Below are positions 38,923-51,912 of a stretch of DNA of 64,000 bases, in pieces. A program made the translations under genes and the position numbers. The notes beneath the pieces are model-generated. The model had not been told where the DNA came from, did not search any database, and was given only the letters and a program-made list of their open reading frames with translations. Each line of letters begins with the position of its first letter. Position 1 is the stretch's first letter. Source of the DNA: an uncultured delta proteobacterium (GTDB lineage Bacteria; Desulfobacterota; Binatia; UBA9968); NCBI GenBank assembly GCA_963745035.1, contig CAVUVW010000021.1, positions 1 through 64,000 on the forward strand, read 5' to 3'.

Positions 38923-39528
38923 TTATTTTTTTTCCAGATGGAGCATGCCCTTTTGGGTGTCGAAGTCCATGCGGAAATGGCTCAAAAAATTGAGGCCGAG
39001 CAGGCCGGCGACTTGAGGGTCGGGAACGGTGTCGTGAACCGCGGTAGGCAGATCGCGAATTTCCATGCCGCCGACCGCAATGGATTCCAGACTGGTTATC
39101 GGCGCGTTGATCACGCCGTTGGCGGTTTGAAAGGGCAAGGTTCTGCTGTTCGGCCCGACATCGATGGCTAGCTCGCGGGCGAGCGCATTGGAGATCAACG
39201 TGTAACTGGCGCCGGTGTCGACGACAAACTTCGCCGAGCGCTTGTTGTTCAAAGTTGCCTGGATGATCACCACCTCGCCGTGCTTTTCGATCGGAATCGA
39301 AGCTTTGCGCGGCGGCGCCTTAATCGGTGGCTCGGCGGCGCGCGGGCTCTCCGGCGCGACGACGCGGTTTACTCGTTCCCGGTGCCTGGGCGGCACGTTG
39401 TGAAAGTTATCGGTGATATGGGTGACGCCGTTTTCGTCCACCCAGCGATAATACTGCGCCCCCTGGGTGGGCAACGCGAGAAAGCAGAACAGCAAAAAGA
39501 GTGGAAAAGCCGCGGCGCTGCGCTTCAT
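38923..39528 (-). CDS. Secreted clan AA (retropepsin-like) aspartic protease with DUF4124-like N-domain
   Basis: Signal peptide; [12 protein letters not shown]; FVVDTGAS; TANG; GLLG.NFL. Confidence 0.88.
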   Translation of the reverse strand: MKRSAAAFPLFLLFCFLALPTQGAQYYRWVDENGVTHITDNFHNVPPRHRERVNRVVAPESPRAAEPPIKAPPRKASIPIEKHGEVVIIQATLNNKRSAKFVVDTGASYTLISNALARELAIDVGPNSRTLPFQTANGVINAPITSLESIAVGGMEIRDLPTAVHDTVPDPQVAGLLGLNFLSHFRMDFDTQKGMLHLEKK

Positions 39529-39718
39529 GATGGCAGCTAATTTATCACCTTTGGCGCCGACGGGAAACCAAATATTCACCAGGGAAACTCGATCGCATGG
39601 CGCGTATGTTTGCGAGCGCGGTGATATCGCTCGCGACGGTTCTGCTGCTTTACAAGCATGGATCGGTGTGGTAGAAAACACCTCAACTAAAAGGAAAGAG
39701 AGAGAAAAAAGCGGAGAC

Positions 39719-39988
39719 ATGGGGATTGCTGAACCGCAGAAAAAGCAGATGATCGAGCAGTTCAGGACTCATCCGACGGACACGGGCTCGCCGGAAGTGC
39801 AGGTTGCGCTGCTCAGCCAGCGTATCGAGTATCTTACCGGGCACTTCAAAGTTCACGTCAAGGATCACCACTCACGTCGCGGCCTCCTGAAGCTGGTAGG
39901 ACAGAGAAGAAGGCTTTTAGATTATCTTCGAAGTTCTGATTTCGGGAGGTACCAGAACCTGATCCAGAGGCTTGGAATACGCAAGTAG
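39719..39988 (+). CDS. rpsO: 30S ribosomal protein S15
   Basis: [36 protein letters not shown]; 89 aa. Confidence 0.98.
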   Translation: MGIAEPQKKQMIEQFRTHPTDTGSPEVQVALLSQRIEYLTGHFKVHVKDHHSRRGLLKLVGQRRRLLDYLRSSDFGRYQNLIQRLGIRK

Positions 39989-40057
39989 CCATTCCAAGAC
40001 CGTTGCTCCCCGTTTTCACGCCCCCGTTCGTCACGTCTCCCGCCCGAGGATTGTTCT

Positions 40058-42172
40058 ATGGCTAAAAAAGTTGAATTGGAATTTCACGGCCGACCCTTAT
40101 CCATCGAGGTCGGCCGCATGGCCAAGCAGGCGGACGGCGCCGCGCTTGTCCAATACGGCGAAACCGTCGTGCTGGTTACCGCGGTTGCCGCCAAAGATCT
40201 CAAGCTCGATACCGATTTTTTTCCGCTCACGGTCGATTACCAGGAAAAGACCTTCGCCGCCGGCAAGATTCCCGGCGGTTTTTTTAAGCGCGAGGGCCGG
40301 CCTTCGGAAAAGGAAATTCTCACCTGCCGGCTGATCGACCGCTCGATCCGCCCGTTGTTCTCCGAGGGGCTGCGCTGCGAGACCCAGGTGATCGCGACCG
40401 TACTGTCGGCCGACCGGGAAAACGATCCGGACGTGGTCGCCATGCTCGGAACCTCGGCTGCCTTGCATGTTTCCGACATTCCCTTCAATGGGCCGCTGGC
40501 CGGAGTGCGCATCGGCCGCAACCACGGCGGGTGGGTGATCAATCCGACCCAGAGCCAGCTCGACGAAAGCGACGTCGATATCTTTCTTTCCGGCAGCAGG
40601 GACGCCATTGTCATGGTCGAGGGCGGCGCGCAAATGGTGCCCGAAGACGAGATCCTCGAAGCGTTGTTCGCCGGCCATGAGGCGATCCAGCCGCTGCTCG
40701 ATATGCAAGAGCAACTGCGCCGCGAGCTCGGCAAGCCGAAGCGAGAGGTGCCGCTGGCCAAGCTCGATGCGGCGGTGGTCAGGCGGGTCGAGGAGCTGGC
40801 GCTGGCCAAGCTCAAGCAGGCGCTCGAAGTGCCGGAAAAACTGGAGCGCTACAAACGCATCGCCGAAGTCAAAGGCGAAGTCGTGCCCCAGGCGGTGGGG
40901 GAATTTCCCGAGCGGCAAAAAGATATCAAAGGCGCGTTTGAAGAGCTCAAGCGCAACGTCTTTCGCGGCCTGGTGATTCAGCATGAGCGGCGCATCGACG
41001 GGCGCGGTCTCAAGGACATCCGTCCGATCACCTGCGAAGTCGAAGTACTGCCGCGCACCCACGGCTCGGCGCTGTTTACCCGCGGCGAGACGCAGGCGCT
41101 GGTGGTGACTACTCTGGGCACGACTTCCGATGAGCAGCGCGTCGATGCGCTGATCGGCGAGCATTTCAAAAAATTCATGCTGCACTACAATTTTCCTCCG
41201 TTCAGCGTCGGCGAGGTCAAATTTCTCCGCGGCCCGGGCCGGCGCGAAATCGGCCACGGCAACCTGGCCGAGCGCGCGCTGCTGCCGGTGCTGCCGGCGG
41301 ACGACAGCTTTCCCTACACGATCCGCATCGTCTCGGAGATCCTCGAGTCCAACGGCTCAACGTCGATGGCGAGCGTCTGCGGCGGCTCGCTCTCTTTGAT
41401 GGACGCGGGCGTGCCGGTGGCGGGACCGGTGGCGGGCATCGCCATGGGTTTGATCAAGGAAGGCGAGCACGTGCGCGTGCTGTCGGACATCCTCGGCGAC
41501 GAAGATCATCTCGGCGATATGGACTTCAAAGTCGCCGGCACCTCAGAGGGCGTCACCTCGCTGCAGATGGATATCAAAATCAGCGGCGTCAACCGCGAGA
41601 TCATGGGCCAGGCGCTGCGCCAGGCCAGGGAAGGCCGGCTCCATATCCTCGGCATCATGAACGCGGCCCTGCCGGCGGCGCGCACCAACGTTTCCGGCCA
41701 CGCGCCGCGCATCATTACTTTGAGGGTGAAACCCGACAAGATCCGCGAAATCATCGGCCCGGGCGGCAAAGTGATCCGCGGCATCATCGAAGCCACCGGG
41801 GTCAAAATCGACGTCGAGGACGACGGCACCGTGCGGATCGCGTCGGTGGACGAAGAAGCCGCGAAAAAAGCCATAGAGATGGTGCAACGAATCGCCGCCG
41901 AAGCCGAGATCGGGAAGATCTACAAAGGCACCGTGCGCAAGATCGTCGAATTCGGCGCCTTCGTCGAGATTCTCCCCGGCACCGATGGGCTAGTCCATAT
42001 CTCGCAACTCGCGCCGGGACGCGTCAACAAAGTGACCGATATCCTCAAAGAGGGCGACGAAGTGATGGTCAAAGTTCTGGAAATCGATCGCCAGGGAAAA
42101 ATCCGCTTGAGCCGCAAAGAGGCGCTTCAAGAAACCGGCGGCGGCGCGGCCGTTTCCAACGCCCCGGCCTGA
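40058..42172 (+). CDS. pnp: Polyribonucleotide nucleotidyltransferase
   Basis: [52 protein letters not shown]; KH and S1 domains. Confidence 0.98.
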   Translation: MAKKVELEFHGRPLSIEVGRMAKQADGAALVQYGETVVLVTAVAAKDLKLDTDFFPLTVDYQEKTFAAGKIPGGFFKREGRPSEKEILTCRLIDRSIRPLFSEGLRCETQVIATVLSADRENDPDVVAMLGTSAALHVSDIPFNGPLAGVRIGRNHGGWVINPTQSQLDESDVDIFLSGSRDAIVMVEGGAQMVPEDEILEALFAGHEAIQPLLDMQEQLRRELGKPKREVPLAKLDAAVVRRVEELALAKLKQALEVPEKLERYKRIAEVKGEVVPQAVGEFPERQKDIKGAFEELKRNVFRGLVIQHERRIDGRGLKDIRPITCEVEVLPRTHGSALFTRGETQALVVTTLGTTSDEQRVDALIGEHFKKFMLHYNFPPFSVGEVKFLRGPGRREIGHGNLAERALLPVLPADDSFPYTIRIVSEILESNGSTSMASVCGGSLSLMDAGVPVAGPVAGIAMGLIKEGEHVRVLSDILGDEDHLGDMDFKVAGTSEGVTSLQMDIKISGVNREIMGQALRQAREGRLHILGIMNAALPAARTNVSGHAPRIITLRVKPDKIREIIGPGGKVIRGIIEATGVKIDVEDDGTVRIASVDEEAAKKAIEMVQRIAAEAEIGKIYKGTVRKIVEFGAFVEILPGTDGLVHISQLAPGRVNKVTDILKEGDEVMVKVLEIDRQGKIRLSRKEALQETGGGAAVSNAPA

Positions 42173-42188
42173 TTCCCGAGCTTCGTTC

Positions 42189-43463
42189 ATGTTCGCGAAA
42201 ACCGTCCTCGACAACGGCATCCGCATCGTCACTCACGACATGCCCGACAACCGCTCGGTGAGCCTCGGCATCTGGGTCGAGAACGGCTCGCGCCACGAAA
42301 GCGCCGCCGAAAACGGCATTTCCCACTTCATCGAGCATTTGCTTTTCAAAGGCACCGAGCGCCGCAGCGCGGCGCAGATCGCCGAAGAAATGGACGCCGT
42401 GGGCGGCGTGATCAACGCCTTCACCTCCAAAGAGAACACCTGCTACTACGCCAAGGTGCTCGACGAGAACATGCCGCTCGCCATCGATCTGTTGAGCGAT
42501 ATTTTTCTCCATTCGAGCTTCGACGCCGAGGAGATCGAGCGCGAGCGCTCGGTGATACTTCAAGAGATCTCGCAGGCCGAAGATACGCCCGACGACTACA
42601 TCCACGATCTCTTCAGTCTCGATTTTTTCCAGAATCATCCGATCGCCCGGCCGATCTGCGGCCGGCAGGAGACCGTCAACGGCTTCCAGCGCGCCGACAT
42701 CGTCAGTTTTTTCAAAGCGCGCTACCGCCCGGAGCGGGTGGTCGTCGCCGCGGCCGGCAATCTGCGCCACGAAGTGCTGGTGGAGGAAATGGCCAACCGC
42801 TTGGGGGCCATCGACGGCGGCACGCGCCGGAGCGCGCCGAAGACCGCGGGCGAGAGCGCGCCCGAGATGGCGCGCGGGGTCTATCCCCACATAAAACCGC
42901 TGGAGCAAGTCCATCTCTGTCTGGGCGTGGCCGGCATTCACCAGACCCATCCGCAGCGCTATGTCGGCTACGTGCTCAACACTTTGCTCGGCGGCGGCAT
43001 GAGCTCGCGCTTGTTCCAGGAAATTCGCGAAAAGCGCGGCAAGGCCTATTCGGTCTACTCGTTTTCTTCGTCATATAAGGACGTCGGCTACTTCGGTGTC
43101 TACGCCGGAACCAGCCTCGACTCCACCGAAGAGGTCGTCGACTTGATCGCCAAGGAGCTCAAGAAGCTTGCCGCCGGCGAGATCGCCGAAGCGGAGCTCA
43201 ACCGCACTCAGGGGCAGCTGGTCGGCAGCACGATGCTCGGCTTGGAGTCGAGCGATTCCTGGATGAGCCATATCGCGCGCGACGAGATCTATTTCGGCCA
43301 AGCGATCACCACCGAGGAGATCTGCCGGCGCATTCGCGCGGTGAGCCGCGACGACGTGATCGCGCTCGCCGGCACGCTGTTTCACGGCGCCGGCGCGACG
43401 CTTACCTTGCTGGGCGATTTCGCCGACGGTTTTCAAATCAAAAATCTCGACATGAGTCATTGA
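42189..43463 (+). CDS. M16 (pitrilysin-family) zinc peptidase
   Basis: HFIEH (HxxEH), [28 protein letters not shown]; conserved position after pnp. Confidence 0.92.
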   Translation: MFAKTVLDNGIRIVTHDMPDNRSVSLGIWVENGSRHESAAENGISHFIEHLLFKGTERRSAAQIAEEMDAVGGVINAFTSKENTCYYAKVLDENMPLAIDLLSDIFLHSSFDAEEIERERSVILQEISQAEDTPDDYIHDLFSLDFFQNHPIARPICGRQETVNGFQRADIVSFFKARYRPERVVVAAAGNLRHEVLVEEMANRLGAIDGGTRRSAPKTAGESAPEMARGVYPHIKPLEQVHLCLGVAGIHQTHPQRYVGYVLNTLLGGGMSSRLFQEIREKRGKAYSVYSFSSSYKDVGYFGVYAGTSLDSTEEVVDLIAKELKKLAAGEIAEAELNRTQGQLVGSTMLGLESSDSWMSHIARDEIYFGQAITTEEICRRIRAVSRDDVIALAGTLFHGAGATLTLLGDFADGFQIKNLDMSH

Positions 43464-43951
43464 ACGCGCGGGAGCTGCGCGCGGCGCGGGCCAAGGTGGA
43501 AGAGGTTCGTATCGAAATCAAGCGCCTGCGGCCGGCCTCGGTGCAGTCGCTGCCGGCGTACATGACCGAGGGCGCGGCCGGCATGGATCTGTGCGCCGAT
43601 CTCGACGCCGATATTATCTTGGCGCCGCTCGAGCGGCGGCTCATTCCCACCGGGATCGCCATCGCGCTGCCGATCGGTTTCGAAGCGCAGATTCGGCCGC
43701 GCAGCGGCCTTGCCTTGAAGCACGGCCTGACACTGATCAACAGTCCCGGCACCATCGACGCGGATTATCGCGGCGAGATTCAGATCATCGCAATCAATCT
43801 GGGCGCAACTCCGGTGGTGATCGCGCCGGGCCAGCGCATCGCGCAGATGATCGTGCAGCGGGTGGTGCGGGTCTCGTGGCGCGAAATCGATGACCTGAGC
43901 GCGACGGCGCGGGACTCTGGCGGCTTCGGACACACGGATGAAAAAAAATAG
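43460..43951 (+). CDS. dut: dUTP diphosphatase
   Basis: [37 protein letters not shown]. Confidence 0.96.
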   Translation: MNARELRAARAKVEEVRIEIKRLRPASVQSLPAYMTEGAAGMDLCADLDADIILAPLERRLIPTGIAIALPIGFEAQIRPRSGLALKHGLTLINSPGTIDADYRGEIQIIAINLGATPVVIAPGQRIAQMIVQRVVRVSWREIDDLSATARDSGGFGHTDEKK

Positions 43952-44037
43952 TTTAACGGTTCAAGGTTCAAAAGTTCAAGGTTATGACTTAGCATCGCCC
44001 CAAGACGTTGAAGCTTGAACGGTGGAACTTTTGAACG
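43951..44037. repeat. Inverted pair of GTTCAA(A/G) tandem arrays
   Basis: gtttaacg gttcaag gttcaaaa gttcaag ... ttgaag cttgaac ggtggaac ttttgaac. Confidence 0.75.
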
Positions 44038-44051
44038 AATAGAGAAGCAGC

Positions 44052-45344
44052 ATGATCGCGCGCTACACGCGCCCGGAGATGGGGCGCATCTGGTCGGAAG
44101 AAAACGGCTTTCAAAAATGGCTGGAAGTCGAAATCCTCGCGGCCGAAGGACTGTCCAAGCTGGGCAAGGTCCCCAAGGCCGCGATCGCTCGCATCCGTAA
44201 AAATGCGCGCTTCGACGTGAAGCGTATCCGCGCCATCGAAGCCGAGGTCAAGCACGAGATCATCGCGTTTTTGAGCGCGGTGGCGGAATCGATCGGCGAC
44301 GACGCCCGCTATCTCCACGTCGGCATGACGTCTTCCGACGTGATGGACACCGCGCTGGCGATCCAATTCAAGGAAGCTTCGGCGGTCATCGCGCAGGATA
44401 TTCGCGAGCTCATGCAGGCGCTGCGGCGCCAGGCGCACAAGTACAAACGCACGGTGATGATCGGCCGCACCCACGGCATTCACGCCGAGCCGATCACCTT
44501 CGGTCTCAAGCTCGCGCTCTGGTATCAGGAGATGGCGCGCCATCGGGAGCGCTTCGACAAAGCCGTCGAGGACATCTGCGTCGGCCAGATTTCCGGCGCG
44601 GTGGGAACGTTCGCGCAGATCTCGCCCAAGGTCGAAGCCTACGTCTGCCGCAAGGCGGGCCTCAAGCCGGCGCCGATTTCCAATCAGATCATTCAGCGCG
44701 ACCGCCACGCGTACTATTTCGCCACCCTGGCGGTCATCGCCAGCTCGCTGGAAAAGTTCGCCGTCGAGATCCGCCATCTGCAGCGCACCGAGGTGCAGGA
44801 AGCCGAAGAGCCGTTCACGGCGGGGCAGAAAGGCTCTTCGGCGATGCCGCACAAGCGCAATCCGATCCTGTCCGAAAACGTCTCGGGGATGGCGCGGCTG
44901 ATGCGCTCCTACGCCCAGGCGGCGCTGGAGAACGTGGCGCTCTGGCACGAGCGCGACATCAGCCATTCGTCGGTCGAGCGGGTGATCGCGCCGGACGCGA
45001 CCATCGCGCTCGATTTCATGCTCCGGCGCATGACCTACGTGATCGGCAATCTCTGCGTCTATCCGGAAAACATGAAACGCAACCTGGAAAAGAGCGGCGG
45101 CGCGGTCTATTCGGAAAAAATTCTGCTCGCTTTGGTCGAGCGGGGCGTGGCGCGCGACCGGGCGTACCGCATGGTGCAGAAGCATGCACTCAAGATCGGC
45201 AGGGAAGGCGGCGATTTGAAGCGCGCACTGCTTGCGGACGAGGAAATTCGCCGCTATTTATCGGCGCGGGAGATCGACGCGGCCTGGGGCGCAGAGCATC
45301 ATCTGGCGCAAGTCGATTTCATTTTCCGCCGGGTGTTCCAGTAA
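44052..45344 (+). CDS. purB: Adenylosuccinate lyase
   Basis: MI.RYT.PEM, H.GMTSSD, GRTHG.HAEP, GSSAMPHKRNP, HERDISHSS.ER. Confidence 0.97.
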   Translation: MIARYTRPEMGRIWSEENGFQKWLEVEILAAEGLSKLGKVPKAAIARIRKNARFDVKRIRAIEAEVKHEIIAFLSAVAESIGDDARYLHVGMTSSDVMDTALAIQFKEASAVIAQDIRELMQALRRQAHKYKRTVMIGRTHGIHAEPITFGLKLALWYQEMARHRERFDKAVEDICVGQISGAVGTFAQISPKVEAYVCRKAGLKPAPISNQIIQRDRHAYYFATLAVIASSLEKFAVEIRHLQRTEVQEAEEPFTAGQKGSSAMPHKRNPILSENVSGMARLMRSYAQAALENVALWHERDISHSSVERVIAPDATIALDFMLRRMTYVIGNLCVYPENMKRNLEKSGGAVYSEKILLALVERGVARDRAYRMVQKHALKIGREGGDLKRALLADEEIRRYLSAREIDAAWGAEHHLAQVDFIFRRVFQ

Positions 45345-45366
45345 TCTTCGCAGCGAGAGTGGCGCT

Positions 45367-45612
45367 ATGCGCGTGACGATCTTTGTCTCCCTGAAGCAGG
45401 GCGTGCTCGATCCGCAAGGCAAGGCCATTGAGCGCTCGCTGCACAGCCTCGGCTATGACGACGTCGGCGGAGTGCGCGCCGGCAAGGTGTTCGAGCTCGA
45501 CATCGAGGCTGCTTCGCGCCAAGCCGCCGAACTTCGGATTCGGGAAATTTGTGATAAACTACTAGCGAATCCAGTCATCGAAGATTATCGATTTGAGATC
45601 AGTCCTGAGTAG
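45367..45612 (+). CDS. purS: FGAM synthase subunit PurS
   Basis: LK.GVLDPQG.A, VR.GK, LLANPVIEDY. Confidence 0.95.
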   Translation: MRVTIFVSLKQGVLDPQGKAIERSLHSLGYDDVGGVRAGKVFELDIEAASRQAAELRIREICDKLLANPVIEDYRFEISPE

Positions 45613-45692
45613 AGTCCTGACTGCTGAGGAGCGGTCAAAGCTGCCTGCAGGTGTCATTTAACTCAGCACTCCATTGCTCAGGACTCGTAACT
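45601..45692. repeat. Inverted pair of AGTCCTG/AGTGCTG-type heptamer arrays
   Basis: agtcctg agtag agtcctg actgctg ... actcagc actccatt gctcagg actc; overlaps the purS stop codon. Confidence 0.65.
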
Positions 45693-45696
45693 GCCT

Positions 45697-46396
45697 ATGC
45701 GTTGGGGCGTCATTACTTTTCCCGGCTCGTGCGACGATCACGACGTTTTTGACTCGCTCAAGTCCGAGCTCGGCCAGAAGGTCAAGCTGCTCTGGCACAA
45801 GGACGAGCTGGCGGGCAACTTCGACTGCATTGTTCTGCCGGGCGGGTTCTCCTACGGCGACTATCTGCGCTGCGGCGCCATGGCCCGCTTCTCGCCGATC
45901 GTACGCGGCGTGATGCAGTTTGCCCAAAGCGGCGGGCTCGTGCTGGGCATTTGCAACGGTTTTCAGATCCTTTGCGAAACCGGCCTGCTGCCCGGCGCAC
46001 TTGTGCGCAACGCCGATCTTCAGTTCATCTGCCGAACCGGGCATCTGCGCGTGGAGGAAACCGATACGCCGTTTACGTCGGGCTTGAAGCGCGGCCAGCT
46101 TCTCAAGATGCCGGTCAAGCACGGCGAGGGCTGCTACTACGCCGACAGCGCGACCCTCGAGCGGCTGCGCAAGAACCGGCAAATTCTGCTCCGCTACGTG
46201 GACGCCAAAGGCAAGCCGTCACCGGCGGCCAATCCCAACGGCTCGGTCGAAAACATCGCCGGCATCTGCAACGAAGGGCGAAACGTCTTGGGCCTGATGC
46301 CCCATCCGGAAGACGCCTGCAGCAAGCTGCTCGGCGGCGACGACGGCGCCAAGATCTTCCTCTCGATCGCAGCGGCGGTGGAAAAGGCGAGCGCGC

Positions 46397-46404
<8 letters not shown>
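45697..46404 (+). CDS. purQ: FGAM synthase glutaminase PurQ
   Basis: [34 protein letters not shown]. Confidence 0.96.
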
Positions 46405-48631
<2,227 letters not shown>

Positions 48632-48637
48632 GAGAAG

Positions 48638-48672
48638 CGTTCCATGGTTCAAACGTTCAAAGGTTCAAAGGG
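48638..48672. repeat. 8-bp-period GTTCAAA array
   Basis: gttccatg gttcaaac gttcaaag gttcaaag between purL and purF. Confidence 0.7.
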
Positions 48673-48684
48673 ACGGAAACTGCG

Positions 48685-50121
48685 TTGATCATCTCGGACG
48701 ACAAATTTCACGACGAATGCGCGGTGATGGGCGTGCACGGCCATCCCGAGGCGGCCAACATGGTCTATCTCGGATTGTACGCTCTGCAGCACCGCGGCCA
48801 GGAGTCGTGCGGCATCGTTTCCTCGGACGGCCGGGGACTGATCTCGCACCGGCAAATGGGACTGGTCGCCGATGCCTTTAAAGAGGATGTCATCAAGCGC
48901 CTGGAAGGCGCCAGCGCGATCGGTCACAATCGCTACTCGACGCAGGGACAAAGCCATCTCAAAAACGCCCAACCGTTCGTCGTGGAGTATTCGCAGGGCC
49001 CCATCGCGATCTCGCACAACGGCAATCTGGTGAACGGCGCCTTGCTCCGTGAAGAGCTGGAACGCTCGGGCTCGATCTTTCAATCCACGACCGATACGGA
49101 GGTCATCATCCATCTGATCGCCACGTCGAAGGAGGCGACGCTCATGGGGCGGATCGTCGAGGCGCTCAGCCGGGTGCGCGGCGCCTACTCGCTGTTGTTT
49201 TTGACTCTCGACAAAATGATCGCGGCGCGCGATCCCTACGGCTTTCGCCCGCTCGTGCTCGGCAAATTCGCCGAAGGAAAAAATCGCGGCGCTTGGGTCG
49301 TCGCTTCGGAGACCTGCGCGCTCGATTTGATCGAAGCCGATTACGTGCGCGACGTCGAGCCCGGCGAGATCGTCACCATCGGACCCGAGCAGGAAATCCA
49401 GTCGCTCAAGCCGTTTCCGCCGGTGCAGCACGCCAAGTGCATCTTCGAATACATTTATTTCGCGCGGCCCGACAGCAATCTTTTCGGCCACAACGTCTAT
49501 CAGGTGCGCAAGGAGCTCGGCCGCCAGCTCGCGCGCGAGAGCGGCGTCGAGGCCGATCTGGTCACGCCGGTGCCGGACTCGGGCGTGCCGGCGGCGATCG
49601 GCTACGCCGAAGAGTCGAAGATTCCCCTCGAGTTCGGCTTGATCCGCAACCACTACGTCGGGCGCACGTTCATCGAGCCGCAGCAGACGATCCGCAACTT
49701 CGGCGTCAAGATCAAGCTCAACGCCCAGCGCGACGTGCTCAACGGTAAGCGCGTGGTCGTGGTCGACGATTCGATCGTGCGCGGCACCACCAGCCGCAAG
49801 ATCATCCGCATGCTGCGCGATGCCGGCGCCAAGGAGGTACACATGCGGATCAGCTCGCCGGCGACGATCAGCCCGTGCTACTACGGCATCGACACGCCGA
49901 CCCGCTCCGAGCTGATCGCCTCGTCGAATTCCGTCGAAGAGATCCGCCGGTACATCGAAGCCGACACCCTCGCCTATCTATCGCGCGAAGGCATGTACGC
50001 GCACTTCGGCGGCAAAAAAGACGGCTTCTGCGACGCCTGCTTCAGTGGCGATTACCCGGTCCACTTCGAAGACGAAGGCCACACCCGCCAGCTCCAACTG
50101 TTCGACGCCATGAGCCGCTAG
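48685..50121 (+). CDS. purF: Amidophosphoribosyltransferase (propeptide and Fe-S cysteines)
   Basis: DKFHDEC start, LQHRGQE, HNRYST, PVPDSG, VDDSIVRGTT, CIFE, PCYYGID, CDAC. Confidence 0.97.
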   Translation: MIISDDKFHDECAVMGVHGHPEAANMVYLGLYALQHRGQESCGIVSSDGRGLISHRQMGLVADAFKEDVIKRLEGASAIGHNRYSTQGQSHLKNAQPFVVEYSQGPIAISHNGNLVNGALLREELERSGSIFQSTTDTEVIIHLIATSKEATLMGRIVEALSRVRGAYSLLFLTLDKMIAARDPYGFRPLVLGKFAEGKNRGAWVVASETCALDLIEADYVRDVEPGEIVTIGPEQEIQSLKPFPPVQHAKCIFEYIYFARPDSNLFGHNVYQVRKELGRQLARESGVEADLVTPVPDSGVPAAIGYAEESKIPLEFGLIRNHYVGRTFIEPQQTIRNFGVKIKLNAQRDVLNGKRVVVVDDSIVRGTTSRKIIRMLRDAGAKEVHMRISSPATISPCYYGIDTPTRSELIASSNSVEEIRRYIEADTLAYLSREGMYAHFGGKKDGFCDACFSGDYPVHFEDEGHTRQLQLFDAMSR

Positions 50122-50211
50122 GCCGCGCGCGCTGATCATTTTCCCTCGTTTCCGTTTTCCAGTTCTTGACCATCGCTCACGATTTCGTAGGGTAGCGCGC
50201 GCTTGCGCGCA

Positions 50212-50502
50212 GTGCCCGTGATCAGATCACTCGGCAATGGCACTTGTTGCGGCAGTTGGACGGCTCCGCCGGACGTAGCCTTCAGGAACTCGTCGACAAC
50301 GTTCCGGATATTATCCGGAAAACGCCCGCACGGTGCGGCGCGATCTCGAAGCGCTTGAAGCCGTCGGTTTCCCCATCATAGTCGAAAAGCACAGCGGCCA
50401 ATCTGCTGGCGCCTGATGGAAGGCTTCCGCGACATTCGACGAATACGTCCAGGTCGCCCTCAACCTCATGCGCACCAGCCGGCGCATCAAACGTTGACGT
50501 AG
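50212..50502 (+). pseudogene. Truncated, frameshifted N-terminal HTH of a WYL-type (YafY/PafB-like) regulator
   Basis: Manual translation across shifts: DQITRQWHLLRQLDGSAGRSLQELVDNVPD / YPENARTVRRDLEALEAVGFPIIVEKHSGQ / WRLMEGFRD, then unrelated sequence and a stop. Confidence 0.65.
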
Positions 50503-50702
50503 TCCACGCGATTTCGCAGACCGTGATCCGGGGAAGACGATGTAGATCTTGGCGTCACCGCCTTCTATATGCGTACGTTTAGTACGCGTCTAATCTTCTA
50601 CCGAGCCCGAGTCGTATCTTTCTGGGAAGCTGAGCGGTAGGGCGGCGTGAGTGCGAAAGTTTTCCCGAGGCTTTATAGCAGGAGCTGGCGATTGGTCGAG
50701 TT

Positions 50703-51014
50703 TTACAGAGTATAGGAAAGGTCCAGGTCGCCGATCTCTTTGATCGTTTTTCCGATATGGTTTTGTAGGATGCCGTAGATTTGATAACAGAAGGCAACGT
50801 CGGAGAGAGTCATGCAGCCAACGTATCGGTGTCCGTCGACGGATATTGCGAGAAAAATCGTTTGTTTGGATTTCTCGTTCATCCACACGGCCTTTAAAAC
50901 TCCGACTTCTCCCGACGCGGTCTCGTATTCGCCGTTCATGCTCCTCACCCAAGGCGGCGGCCATGATTGTAGAAAACTCGCGTTGATCAGTGGATGGTCT
51001 CTCAACTCCAACAT
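50703..51014 (-). CDS. Hypothetical protein (103 aa)
   Basis: Protein-like ORF LRDHP...WPPPW...GEVGVL...IGKTIKEIGDLDL; no function recognised. Confidence 0.65.
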   Translation of the reverse strand: MLELRDHPLINASFLQSWPPPWVRSMNGEYETASGEVGVLKAVWMNEKSKQTIFLAISVDGHRYVGCMTLSDVAFCYQIYGILQNHIGKTIKEIGDLDLSYTL

Positions 51015-51649
51015 TGGCGTTGCCCGGGGACGGCGTGCTCTCGACTTCTTTATGTTAGATCAAGTTGACTTCAAAGCAAAGGGGGTAGGGGCACAGGGTC
51101 GGAGCAATTTCAATTATCGGGTGTTATGAGAAAACGCGGAAGAGGTTTTCTCAATATTTTCTAATCGGCCAGGCAACGACTTCCTGATAGCGGCCGAAAT
51201 GGCAGGTTGGTTTTTGACTGGGGAGGTCGATGGCGGCTTGTCGGGTCATCGTATTTTTGCTGATCTCGGCTTCCGCGGGCTCGAGGGAGCAGGGTGGGTG
51301 GTGGACGATACGATGCGGCCGGGTTTGAGCGCCGCTGTAAAGGCAGTATTGCTCGGTTAGCCGGTGATCGAAGCTCCCCGGCGCGCGTACTACGCAGCTC
51401 CGGTGGGTCGGTAGGATGCGCAAGCTCCGCGGCAGCGGCAATGCGCTCGGTATCAAAGGCCAGAGCGGCTCGGCGCGCACCGGCCAATGCAAAAAAACAG
51501 AAAATCGTGCAGCGCATGGAAAGCGCCCAAGGTTGTTTTTGGCAGAGGCCAAGGACGGTGGCCTGTCTGCTCGATCGTTGGCAGGGGAGGCATCCGCGTC
51601 ATCGCACAGGATCAGCAGGTAGAAAGAATGCTTGTAGATGTCGAGGAGG

Positions 51650-51677
51650 CTCCAGGGCGCCCGCGGGCGCCCTGGAG
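51650..51677. repeat. Perfect 28-bp palindrome
   Basis: CTCCAGGGCGCCCG|CGGGCGCCCTGGAG. Confidence 0.8.
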
Positions 51678-51695
51678 GTTGAGTATCGTAACCCG

Positions 51696-51872
51696 TTAGC
51701 TTCTCGGGCTGTTCCTCTCCATGGAATCGCTCCGCTCGACCGAGTCGCTTCGGCCCATGCCGAGTTGGAGTTCGGTTTCGTGATCGATGTTGCCCGTGAC
51801 GGTAAGATCATTGTCCTTTTGGAACTCGTGAATCGCCGCTTGGGTGTCGCTGTCGATCATTCCATCAAGGCC
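51696..51872 (-). pseudogene. C-terminal half of a peptidoglycan-binding (PG_binding_1) domain
   Basis: GLDGMIDSDTQAAIHEFQKDNDLTVTGNIDHETELQLG fits the DG....T..AI..FQ....L.VTG..D..T...L pattern; the first helix is missing. Confidence 0.6.
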
Positions 51873-51912
51873 GCGACGATGCGCCGTGGACCGACCGCAT
51901 AACTGCGATGCG

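Noticed and set aside
39665-39682. S15 autoregulatory leader (GGTGT...ACACC hairpin)
   Set aside because: Position is plausible, but a 5-bp stem alone is too little to call.
43951-44037. CRISPR array or LexA boxes in the GTTC repeats
   Set aside because: Units are 7-9 bp with no unique spacers and no cas genes. Spacing does not consistently fit GTTC-N7-GTTC or GAAC-N4-GTTC, and the sites lie at gene 3' ends.
51151-51552. Overlapping ORFs 51151-51552 and 51161-51517 as a gene
   Set aside because: They may be one frameshifted small exported protein, but no motif or RBS supports either frame.
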